A stretch of DNA of 64,000 nt from Nitrospirota bacterium (GTDB lineage: Bacteria > Nitrospirota > Thermodesulfovibrionia > UBA6902), in NCBI GenBank assembly GCA_039715075.1, contig JBDLIC010000003.1, forward strand, positions 7 through 64,006. The letters run 5' to 3'. Below are positions 54,847 through 63,450 of this stretch, one piece after another (the stretch's first letter is position 1; each line of letters opens with the position of its first letter). Below the pieces are notes generated by a model. That model saw nothing but the letters and a program-made list of their open reading frames with translations, ran no database searches and was not told the DNA's origin. The translations under genes and the position numbers were made by a program.

Positions 54847-56865
54847 TTGAGAATTTCCGAATATATCATAATAAATCTTTTTCTGTTTTTTTCCTGGCAT
54901 GTATTTCTTTTAAAGAAAAGAGATATTTTTTCGTTTCCTGATAGAATGATGGCTGTTTGTGTCCTTGCCCTGTCACAAATCATTGTGACAGAAATGCTTC
55001 TCGGTGTTGTTTTTGAAAATCTTTATGCCGGGCCACTGTTTATTCTTAATCTGACCGTATCTGCAGGATTATTGTCTTTTTCTATTATATTATCAGGCAA
55101 GCCTGGATTCACTGCTGTTATTAGACTGCTTGAAGGAGTTTTAAATGAGATAAAAGATGGGGTAACCTCCTTTATCCGGTTAATCATCGGGAACAGGATG
55201 CTGCTTTCTGTTTTTTTATTTTTTATTGCTTCTATCTGCTCAATCGTTTTTTCAGGATACCTTTTCCCTTCTTATACGTGGGACGCTCTATGGTACCACC
55301 TCCCTATTGTGGGTAATATTATGCAAAGCGGAGCAATTCAGGAAGTTGCTGTCAATTCATTTATTGATCAATTTATCAATATTTTTCCGAAAAATATAGA
55401 GCTTTTTTTCCTCTGGAATATAATTTTTTTGCAGGACAGCGTTATAACGGACCTGAGTCAGCTCCCTTTTGCTATGGCAGGTGTTGTGGCGATATACAGC
55501 ATAGCAGTTAAAATGAACATAGGAAAGAAGAATGCTGCTTACTCATCTCTGCTTTTTTTCTTTACTCCAGTAATTATTCTTCAGTCAGCAACGAACTATG
55601 TAGATGTTGCGATAACGGGCCTATTTCTTACTGCTCTTAACTTTCTTCTTGATTCGGAGGAGAGCCAACATGCAGGCAATAAAACGGGGGAAGGGGAATC
55701 CCGACAAAAGAATTTGCCGCTCATTATCGCAGGACTGACAGCTGGAATTTTACTTGGTTCAAAAGGTTCCGGGCCGCTTTTTATTATTACCCTTTCTCTT
55801 TTTTTTGTAATAAAGGAGCTGCGAAGGCATTGTATGCGGCAAGGCTATTTGTTTTCAGAGATACCGTCCCTGCTGAAAAGGACTTCAAAACTGTATTTAT
55901 TATATTTTTTAATCCCTGTTTTTTTGCTGGGTGGCTACTGGTATATAAAAAATTGGGTCATATACGGCAATCCGGTTTATCCGATGGAGATTTCAATTTT
56001 TAATATGACCATTTTTAAAGGTCTTTTTAAGGGATTAATAGAACCACCACCCGAAATTATAAAGAGCCTTTCCTGGTTCACCCGACCGCTGTATGTGTGG
56101 AGCGAGAATATCAGCCACTATTTATATGATTCGAGGCTCGGGGGGTTGGGCCCCATATGGTTTATCCTTTTCCTGCCAAGTATAGTGTTTTCTGTTGTCT
56201 ACGCAATTATTCGGAAACGTTTTTCTTTGCTTGGAGTCAGCATGATCATAATTATAACGTTCCTGCTTTACCCGAGAAACTGGACTCCGCGGTATGTTAT
56301 TTTTGTAACCGGTCTTGGAGCGATTTCATTCGGAGTAGCCCTGGAGTATTTTGGCAGGAGGGCGTATGTTTTGAAAATTACAGCTTTGTTTCTCGCCGGA
56401 TATACACTCGTTACTGCAAATTCACCGATTGTGAATGCTGAGCAGATTAAGAAATTTATACATTTGCCTGCAAAAGAACGTACAATAGGATGGCATGCTC
56501 CTTTTAATATAGACATTCATGCGAGACAGGAATACGGTTACTGGATATGGATAAGCAGGAACATTTCCGGAAATGATAACCTTGCCTATACTTTTGAACC
56601 ATTGTTTCACGCTCCTTTGTGGAACAATGGATTTTCAAACAGGATCAGCTTTATAAAATCAGACACATATAAGGAGTGGTTAAAGGAGCTGAAAAAGAGT
56701 AATGTTACGCATATTCTTGTACGGCAGAATTCGATGGAAGATAAATGGATAGAAAAGGAGAGAAAAGTGTTTTCTGCTATCGGGTGGTTGGGGGGGCTGG
56801 AAGAAAAATATAGGGTCGTGTATTCTGATGAGAACTATAAAATAGTGAAGTTTAATGAAACATGA
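54847..56865 (+). CDS. Polytopic membrane protein, possible GT-C (ArnT/PMT-like) glycosyltransferase
   Basis: More than 10 TM segments plus C-terminal soluble domain; function inferred from context only; TTG start as in the track. Confidence 0.5.
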   Translation: MRISEYIIINLFLFFSWHVFLLKKRDIFSFPDRMMAVCVLALSQIIVTEMLLGVVFENLYAGPLFILNLTVSAGLLSFSIILSGKPGFTAVIRLLEGVLNEIKDGVTSFIRLIIGNRMLLSVFLFFIASICSIVFSGYLFPSYTWDALWYHLPIVGNIMQSGAIQEVAVNSFIDQFINIFPKNIELFFLWNIIFLQDSVITDLSQLPFAMAGVVAIYSIAVKMNIGKKNAAYSSLLFFFTPVIILQSATNYVDVAITGLFLTALNFLLDSEESQHAGNKTGEGESRQKNLPLIIAGLTAGILLGSKGSGPLFIITLSLFFVIKELRRHCMRQGYLFSEIPSLLKRTSKLYLLYFLIPVFLLGGYWYIKNWVIYGNPVYPMEISIFNMTIFKGLFKGLIEPPPEIIKSLSWFTRPLYVWSENISHYLYDSRLGGLGPIWFILFLPSIVFSVVYAIIRKRFSLLGVSMIIIITFLLYPRNWTPRYVIFVTGLGAISFGVALEYFGRRAYVLKITALFLAGYTLVTANSPIVNAEQIKKFIHLPAKERTIGWHAPFNIDIHARQEYGYWIWISRNISGNDNLAYTFEPLFHAPLWNNGFSNRISFIKSDTYKEWLKELKKSNVTHILVRQNSMEDKWIEKERKVFSAIGWLGGLEEKYRVVYSDENYKIVKFNET

Positions 56866-56883
56866 ATGAGTTATGGCTAACTG

Positions 56884-57049
56884 GCTGTACAAAGGAGCTT
56901 TAGATTAAAAATACCTGAACTGCGATAAGATATTGAAGGAGTTATTGCTATATATTATTTTTCACCTAGAGTGAAATTGCGTATGGCATACTTAGATCTG
57001 AACTGAAGGTATCGCCATCTATTTTAAATCTAAAGCTCCTTTGTACAGC
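56884..57049. mobile_element. MITE-like element with perfect 23-bp terminal inverted repeats
   Basis: gctgtacaaaggagctttagatt (56884..56906) and its exact reverse complement (57027..57049) flank a 120-nt non-coding core. Confidence 0.6.
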
Positions 57050-57082
57050 TCCAGGGTGAAATTTTAAAGCAAGGGTGGATGA

Positions 57083-57235
57083 ATGAAGGACGAAGGAAAG
57101 AAAAATATACTGTTTATTATTTATATTACGGCTGTGCTTGTTTTAGCTGTAATATATTTTACTGTCCCTGAAAGGAAGGCCTTTCTTGATTTTCAGTTGA
57201 AGTGGTGGAGTGAATTCTGGAGTCTCCTGAAATAA
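57083..57235 (+). CDS. Small single-TM protein (50 aa)
   Basis: MKDEGKKNILFIIYITAVLVLAVIYFTVPERK...; below the track cutoff; precedes the GT2 gene. Confidence 0.35.
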   Translation: MKDEGKKNILFIIYITAVLVLAVIYFTVPERKAFLDFQLKWWSEFWSLLK

Positions 57236-57262
57236 ATTTTTAGTTAACACATAGAGGGAATA

Positions 57263-57958
57263 ATGTTATCCGGTAAAAAAATAGCTGTTATAATACCTGT
57301 GCTGAATGAGGAGAAGACACTGCCGCTTGTTATGAAAGATATATCAAGGGACCTGGTTGATGAAGTGGTAGTTATAGACAACGGGAGTAAAGACAGGACC
57401 CCCTCATTAGCGAGGGAAGAAGGGGCGACACTTCTGTTTGAGGCCAGGAGAGGCTATGGCTATCCCTGCCTGAAGGGAATTGATTATCTTAAAACAAAAA
57501 AGCCGGATATAGTCGCTTTTGTTGACGGGAACTATAGTGATCATCCTGATGAGATAAAAAAAATAGTGGGACCTATAGTTAAGGAGGATTATGACCTTGT
57601 CTGCGGATCCAGGGTAATGGGAAGGGCTGAAGAAGGTGCGCTCCGTTTTCCTGTCCTTTTCGGCAATCTCCTGGCAACTGTTCTGATAAGACTGTGCTAT
57701 GGCTTTAAATACACCGATGTCGGGCCTTTCAGGGCCATCAAGTTTGAGAGGCTGCTTGAACTGGATATGAATGACAATCTTGGATGGACCATCGAAATGC
57801 AGGTCAAGGCAGTTAAAAAGAAATTTAAAATAACAGAAGTTCCGGTAAGCTACCGCGAGGGCACGGGTAAATCGAAATTCACAGGAAACATAACAGGAAT
57901 CCTTAAGATAGGCTACAGGATAATAAGAGCAATATTAAAAAATCTCTTTTATTCCTGA
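57263..57958 (+). CDS. Family-2 glycosyltransferase (polyprenyl-phosphate sugar synthase-like)
   Basis: IAVIIPVLNEE, VIDNGSKD, DGNYSD motifs. Confidence 0.8.
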   Translation: MLSGKKIAVIIPVLNEEKTLPLVMKDISRDLVDEVVVIDNGSKDRTPSLAREEGATLLFEARRGYGYPCLKGIDYLKTKKPDIVAFVDGNYSDHPDEIKKIVGPIVKEDYDLVCGSRVMGRAEEGALRFPVLFGNLLATVLIRLCYGFKYTDVGPFRAIKFERLLELDMNDNLGWTIEMQVKAVKKKFKITEVPVSYREGTGKSKFTGNITGILKIGYRIIRAILKNLFYS

Positions 57959-57983
57959 GATAGTTTTAGGTTCTATTTATATC

Positions 57984-58074
57984 ACCCCCTTTAGCAAAGG
58001 GGGGAATATAGACTGCATTATTATTAATAATGTTATTCTTTTTGATGCCCCGCCTTGTAGACGGGGAGCTTCAC
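57984..58074. repeat. Two-hairpin ~90-nt repeat element, copy B
   Basis: ccccttt-agc-aaagggg hairpin, spacer, ccccgccttgtagacgggg + agcttcac; near-identical to 1..88. Confidence 0.85.
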
Positions 58075-58093
58075 TTAAACTGAGAGGTCCATT

Positions 58094-58933
58094 ATGGCCA
58101 TATCTAATTACTTCAAACCTGTTAAATCAATGTCTGCGGACAAAGTCAGAGAATATTTGCGGGATGAAAATCCTGATGAGTACAACCTTATTGATGTGCG
58201 CCAGCCTTTTGAGTATGAACAGGATCACATACCGGGCGCGCATCTGATGCCCCTGAAAGACCTTTCTGCACAAGTTAAAAATCTTGACAGGGAAAAACCG
58301 ACCATTGCCTATTGAGGCATCGGGGTACGCAGCCGTGCTGCTGCATCCATACTCTCTGATGCGGGATTCAGTAATGTTATAAATATGTCCGGAGGCATTA
58401 ATGCCTGGAAAGGGGCGAGGGCTGAAGGGGTCCCGGAGTCCGGCATGGCGTATTTTTCAGGCAGTGAAAGTCCGGAAGAGCTTGCTGCCCTTGCATGGCT
58501 GCTTGAAGATGGGTCAAGAAAATTCTATTCAGAAGTCTCAACGCTGACAAATGATGGAGATGCAGTTTCATTATTTAAAGACCTTGTTACTGCTGAGGAA
58601 CATCACAAGGAATCCATTTTAAAAGTATACCAGGAATTGACCGGCAGTAAGGCTGTGCCGGAAGACATGGGTGAGCTTATATCTTCAGAGACACCGGGAG
58701 ACATGATGGAGGGCGGCATAAGTGTAACGGAGGCACTGGAATGGGCACAGGAAAAGAGTTTAAAGGAAATTCTCGAGTTTACGATCTCTCTTGAAGCCAA
58801 TGCTTATGACCTCTATATAAAGATGGGGAGAAAATTTGTGGACAGTAATGCCGGGAAGATATTTGATCTGCTTTCAGAAGAAGAGCGGATGCATCTTGAG
58901 CGTATGGCCGGTTTACTGGAAAAAGAAATCTGA
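58094..58933 (+). CDS. Rhodanese / ferritin-like (rubrerythrin-like helical) fusion with in-frame TGA (candidate Sec) at 58313..58315
   Basis: Track ORFs 58094..58315 and 58385..58933 share one frame; the read-through gives KPTIAY-U-GIGVRSRAAASIL, so the TGA occupies the rhodanese CX4R active-site Cys position; C-terminal half has AEEHH and EEERMHLE motifs. Confidence 0.65.
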
Positions 58934-58957
58934 CTTCATTATGTGAAGCACATGACC

Positions 58958-58990
58958 GTCATTCCCGCAGTCCTTTGAGCGGGAATCCCT
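58958..58990. repeat. REP-like hairpin gtcattcccgc...gcgggaatccc
   Basis: attcccgc-agtcctttga-gcgggaat between convergent genes. Confidence 0.7.
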
Positions 58991-59031
58991 AGCAATGCCT
59001 GTCTTATGTATTTAGGTTTGAACTGCTGTAT

Positions 59032-59535
59032 TCAATAGGCAATCTTTATCCTGCCTATTTCATCTTTAGTAATATCAGACCATGCTTTCATTGTCCAGTA
59101 ACCTACCCACTTTTTGAATATACCTAGATTCTTCTGCCGTTCTTCTTCTGTTTTCCCGAGGCGTTCGTACATCTTGCCGGGTTTTCCGTCCTCTGTATTC
59201 CTGCCATCGTCAAGGGCCTTTGCCAGCGATCCGGCATCCGGCCATATGACAAAAGAAACCAGATGCGAGAAGCTGTCCATTTTAGGGCCGATTTTCTTTG
59301 CTGTATATTTCTCTACATCTTTTACGAATCCCATATGCTCAGGTGATTTTTTGCCGTGGCACTTTGCGCATTTTTTATCGAATATTGGCTTGATGCTGTT
59401 TGTATAAGTGACGCTGCTCTTTGCGGAGGCATGTTTTTCCTTGCCATGTGCAAATGAGTCTTTCAGAACAAACGGGGAAAGTAAAAGAGTTAGTGTGAAC
59501 ACCGGTACAGTAATTAAGTGGAAAAATGTTTTCAT
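59032..59535 (-). CDS. Secreted monoheme c-type cytochrome-like protein
   Basis: Signal peptide; IKPIFDKKCAKCHG (CxxCH); GGAGG RBS before ATG 59535. Confidence 0.65.
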   Translation of the reverse strand: MKTFFHLITVPVFTLTLLLSPFVLKDSFAHGKEKHASAKSSVTYTNSIKPIFDKKCAKCHGKKSPEHMGFVKDVEKYTAKKIGPKMDSFSHLVSFVIWPDAGSLAKALDDGRNTEDGKPGKMYERLGKTEEERQKNLGIFKKWVGYWTMKAWSDITKDEIGRIKIAY

Positions 59536-59549
59536 TTTATTCTCCCTCC

Positions 59550-60149
59550 TCATGAACTCATTAAGGCTTGAATAATTGATTTCATGTCATCAGTATTCCA
59601 TTCTCCATAACCGAGAGAAACTCCAATGATGTCTCCGTTTTTATCTATCAGGAACTTCATGGGGTGAGACCTTACACCGTAGCTGGCGCTCACCTGTTCA
59701 TCCTGATCCAGTAAAAAAGTGAAAGAAAGGTTTCTTTCCTCAATAAATTTTAGGACTGTTTCCTTTTCCTCTCCTACATTTATCGCCAGTATTGAAAACG
59801 GTTTACCTTTAAAATGCCGGCCCAGTTTTTCAAGAGAAGGCAACTCCTTCTTGCACCAGCCTCACCATGTTGCCCAGAAACTCAGCATAATCACATTGCC
59901 GCGCTGCTGCCTGAGATTGATTTGTTCTTCAGCGATAGACATCAAAGTGAAATCCGGGGGCAGTAGCGGTTTCTCGGGTTTCTGGATATTCATTGCCGTC
60001 ATTAGCGAGGAGAGATCAGTATCTGACAAGTTCTGATCAGCCCCGGCGGCTTCAGGAAGAGTCCCTGAAAATTCTCTGAACCCTCCGTATATACTGCCCA
60101 GAAGAATGAGGATTATTGTTATGGTGAATACCTTATTTGATATATGCAT
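59550..60149 (-). CDS. TlpA/ResA-like thioredoxin-fold protein with in-frame TGA (candidate Sec, UGWC motif) at 59862..59864
   Basis: Track ORFs 59862..60149 and 59550..59843 share one frame; the read-through gives VIMLSFWATW-U-GWCKKELPSLEKL, so the TGA occupies the first Cys of WCxxC; N-terminal membrane anchor. Confidence 0.7.
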
Positions 60150-60168
60150 TTAAACTATTATTTCTCCA

Positions 60169-62961
60169 CTAATGCACATGTCTCCCGCTCATGGGCAGAC
60201 CGAGCATATAAATACTGGAAAGTACAACAACCAGTGCGTACAGAGACATAACCAGGGTCATCTTATACATATGATAAAGAGGCTTTTGATAGCGCCTGAG
60301 CAGGCGGTATAACACATATAATGTGAAACCGAATCCCGTTGCAAGGATACTCATCTGGATAAAGTAAATGGTCTCAAGTCCCAGCAGAGGGGAAGGGTTC
60401 CAGTTTGCAGAGAGTGACGCTCCGATACCAATGTTCTGCAGGAACCGGATAGTAGCAGGCAGCGCTATAGGGCTTTCAATTAAAAGGTGCTGAATGTTGT
60501 GTGCAAAGTGCAGTCCTACTCCCATGGGTATAAAGAGAAAAGCGAAGTCCTTTACAAGGTCCTGCGTTTTGTAGTCCCTCTTTCCAAGCCATAATTTAAG
60601 CAGATAACATATTAAATAAAAGATTGCGACAGGTATCAGAAGCACGGCCGTAAATACGATTGTATAAACCAGTGAAGGTGCTGTTATACCGGTAACTGAA
60701 CTGAAACCTCCTTTCAGCGGTTCCCATGATGAGGTCATGGCAAGAGTCTCTACAATGACCACTCCCAATAATAACAATGCTGCGATTGCCTCTGCCTTTG
60801 ATTTGCGCAGGCTGGCATATATGTCTTTGCCAAAGGACCTGAGGCGCAGACTCAGATTTTGCGAAGGGCAGGCCGGTTGGCATTTCATACAGAAATTACA
60901 GTACACGTTGTTGTCCATATCTTCCGGCGATTCGAGCATAGGACAGGCCTCTGTACATGTTTTCTTTTTGTGTGCGTCACAGCGGCCTTTATTGCATGAA
61001 CGCAGCTCAAAGGGTGATACCATGGAATAGATCCCGATAACTGCCCCGATAGGGCAGATATGACGGCAGAAGGAGCGCCGTTCATAAATAATACTAAATG
61101 CGACAGCTGCAGCCAGAATAATTAATATCACTACTGATGTCACAAACGGCTTGCTGCCGAATGCAAGGATCGTAAATGCCCAGGTCAGTACAAGGAAACC
61201 TATGGTCTGCAGTCCCATGTTTTGGAGCCAGCCGGGAAGTTTTTTGTTCAAAGAAACAAATTTCTGGGCAAAGTCGGCAATGGCCGCAAAAGGGCACATC
61301 ATGCACCAGAAACGGCCTGCAAGTATAAAAGTGAATATGACCAGACTCCACCAGATAGTCCAGGTAAAGACTGTCGCAATATTACGCTGACCATCCTGGA
61401 CATCAAAGAAGCCGAGATAAGTGACAGCCAGAAATATAAGCAGCGTGGGGATGACAAAAATATATCTGAAATATTTTGAGGTAACAGTGCGTTTAATCCA
61501 GCCTATTTTTAGAAGATCGAAGCCTTCTTTTTCACGATACTCAGGTTTGTTTTGTGACGAAGATCTGAAACGGCTGAGTATAAATCCCATCCCGATCATA
61601 CCTGAAAAAACTAACAGCCAGCTGACATAACCGGTCATCGAAGCCCGGCCGGCAAAGTCTTTCAGAGATATGCCTGCATAGTGGAAATGGGTCTCCTTTT
61701 TGGAAGGGTCAAATCCTGAATCAAAGCCGGTAAAAGCGGACATTATGGGATTCCCGAAAATGTCCCTGTCTGCACCCTCTCCTATACGGAATGTAGTCTC
61801 ATTGCTCGCCCATACATCCGCATGCTCCTGATTGCTTTTGGAATGATCGTGATTGGCATGTGCCTTATCAAGCGTGAAGATCCCGTAATGTTTCATGGTA
61901 TTTCCGACGACAAGGAGCATATTATAGGCTTTCCCGATTTCAAAGGATACGTCCTGCTTGTCAAAGGTCTTCAAGGGAAAAGCGAATTCATATGTATAGA
62001 AATCATTCTGATGATTGCCTTTTGCGGTGACGTGGTCGGTATCGTCCTTTTTAAGAAAAAAGGTCTTGTTCGGGCGCTGCGTGAAATATCTGTCGCTCAC
62101 TTCACCGTCTGATTTCATGACTTTAGCATCCTTGTATGCACCGAGCATCCCGAGATTAGCGTCATTTTTGAACATCAGGCCTACCCAGTAAGGAGTGTCC
62201 GTCTTTACTGCGAAATATATGTTTTCATTATCGATCTGCGTCCAGACCTCAACATAGTAATATGGTTCTTTGTGTCCTTCAGAAGGTTTATGAGGTTCAT
62301 AGCTCCCCAGATAAAAATACCTGTGCCCTGTGTCCTTCCATTCCCCTGCAGAAATCTTTCCGTCTATATTTATTGTATTTCCTGTATTCCGGGCAATGAA
62401 ATTCGTATTGTTTGAGGCATATACTACCGGACTGTCCGGCGGAGTCCCGTCAAAATCCGAAGGATTATATTTATAAACCATCTTCCCCGGTGCAGCGCCG
62501 CATCCGTTGGCAATATGAATATTGCCTGTCATGGCGTCAACATCAAGCACAAGCCGTTCTACCTTGAAGTTAACCGGACCAAGGTGGTAGCCGCCATCAT
62601 ATCCTTTTAAAGGTTCCGACTCAAACTGATATACGACCTTCCTGTGCACTTTCTCAAGCTTCCTGAATGCCAGGGGGAATGGGGGGGGCTGCAGATTTTC
62701 GGTGAGGAACCGCTCTGCTATCTCCCTGGCATGATCAGGAGTAATATTTATTAATGATTCATCATAGAGGAGGTTTCCCTCTTCATCATAATTATTCCCA
62801 CGATTGTTTTGCTCTTCTGTCTCAGTATTTTCAGAAAGGATTACATCTTTGCCGTTGCAGGCATATAACAAGTCTGCCTGAAACATGAATAATGCCATGA
62901 TTGTCAGAAGAACTGCAGCAATATAGATTTTGTGCTTTTTAGGCATGTCTTTTTTTAACAT
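60169..62961 (-). CDS. Membrane polyferredoxin of the NapH/NosR type with periplasmic PepSY-like and DOMON/CBM9-like domains
   Basis: GRFWCMMCPF and RSFCRHICPIG membrane Cys motifs; CNFCMKCQPACP ferredoxin motif; IDGKISAGEWKDTG module. Confidence 0.65.
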   Translation of the reverse strand: MLKKDMPKKHKIYIAAVLLTIMALFMFQADLLYACNGKDVILSENTETEEQNNRGNNYDEEGNLLYDESLINITPDHAREIAERFLTENLQPPPFPLAFRKLEKVHRKVVYQFESEPLKGYDGGYHLGPVNFKVERLVLDVDAMTGNIHIANGCGAAPGKMVYKYNPSDFDGTPPDSPVVYASNNTNFIARNTGNTINIDGKISAGEWKDTGHRYFYLGSYEPHKPSEGHKEPYYYVEVWTQIDNENIYFAVKTDTPYWVGLMFKNDANLGMLGAYKDAKVMKSDGEVSDRYFTQRPNKTFFLKKDDTDHVTAKGNHQNDFYTYEFAFPLKTFDKQDVSFEIGKAYNMLLVVGNTMKHYGIFTLDKAHANHDHSKSNQEHADVWASNETTFRIGEGADRDIFGNPIMSAFTGFDSGFDPSKKETHFHYAGISLKDFAGRASMTGYVSWLLVFSGMIGMGFILSRFRSSSQNKPEYREKEGFDLLKIGWIKRTVTSKYFRYIFVIPTLLIFLAVTYLGFFDVQDGQRNIATVFTWTIWWSLVIFTFILAGRFWCMMCPFAAIADFAQKFVSLNKKLPGWLQNMGLQTIGFLVLTWAFTILAFGSKPFVTSVVILIILAAAVAFSIIYERRSFCRHICPIGAVIGIYSMVSPFELRSCNKGRCDAHKKKTCTEACPMLESPEDMDNNVYCNFCMKCQPACPSQNLSLRLRSFGKDIYASLRKSKAEAIAALLLLGVVIVETLAMTSSWEPLKGGFSSVTGITAPSLVYTIVFTAVLLIPVAIFYLICYLLKLWLGKRDYKTQDLVKDFAFLFIPMGVGLHFAHNIQHLLIESPIALPATIRFLQNIGIGASLSANWNPSPLLGLETIYFIQMSILATGFGFTLYVLYRLLRRYQKPLYHMYKMTLVMSLYALVVVLSSIYMLGLPMSGRHVH

Positions 62962-63094
62962 CTAAATATGAACAAAGTGTGAAGAATAGAATTAATAATT
63001 GATCTTCACATTTTATTCATTTTCTCTTCATATTCCTTTCGTATTTTCAGTATATTCTCTAATTAAATCTAATATGGAAAAGGAGGTGGTAAAC

Positions 63095-63334
63095 ATGATG
63101 CATTGGGGCAATTTCAGTGGAATGGGATTTGGATTCGGATGGATATTTATGGTGCTTTTCTGGGCATTTGTAATACTGGGAGTCGCTTATCTGCTCAAGC
63201 AGTTGCTGAGCAGCGGCAGTTCCGGGGAAAGCAGAGAGACTGCACTCGATATTCTAAAGAAAAAGTATGCAGCGGGTGAGATTACAAAGGATGAGTACGG
63301 TGAGAAGAAAACAGCAATTTCAGAAAAAACTTAA
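63095..63334 (+). CDS. SHOCT-domain small membrane protein
   Basis: AAGGAGG RBS; one TM helix; LDILKKKYAAGEITKDEYGEKK. Confidence 0.7.
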   Translation: MMHWGNFSGMGFGFGWIFMVLFWAFVILGVAYLLKQLLSSGSSGESRETALDILKKKYAAGEITKDEYGEKKTAISEKT

Positions 63335-63450
63335 GCAGGACCACAAGGCTCAATACTTGACAAGCACATGGTTATGTATTAAAAGGAAGGTATATCACAA
63401 CCAGCAGAGTTAAGGAAGTCTTTAAGAAACTTAAAAAGGAGGTAATAAAA

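Noticed and set aside
54325-56865. Stop-codon read-through between the TPR gene and the following membrane-protein gene (same frame, adjacent)
   Set aside because: The stop is TAA, not TGA. The two products are unrelated, and simple translational coupling with a TTG start is sufficient.
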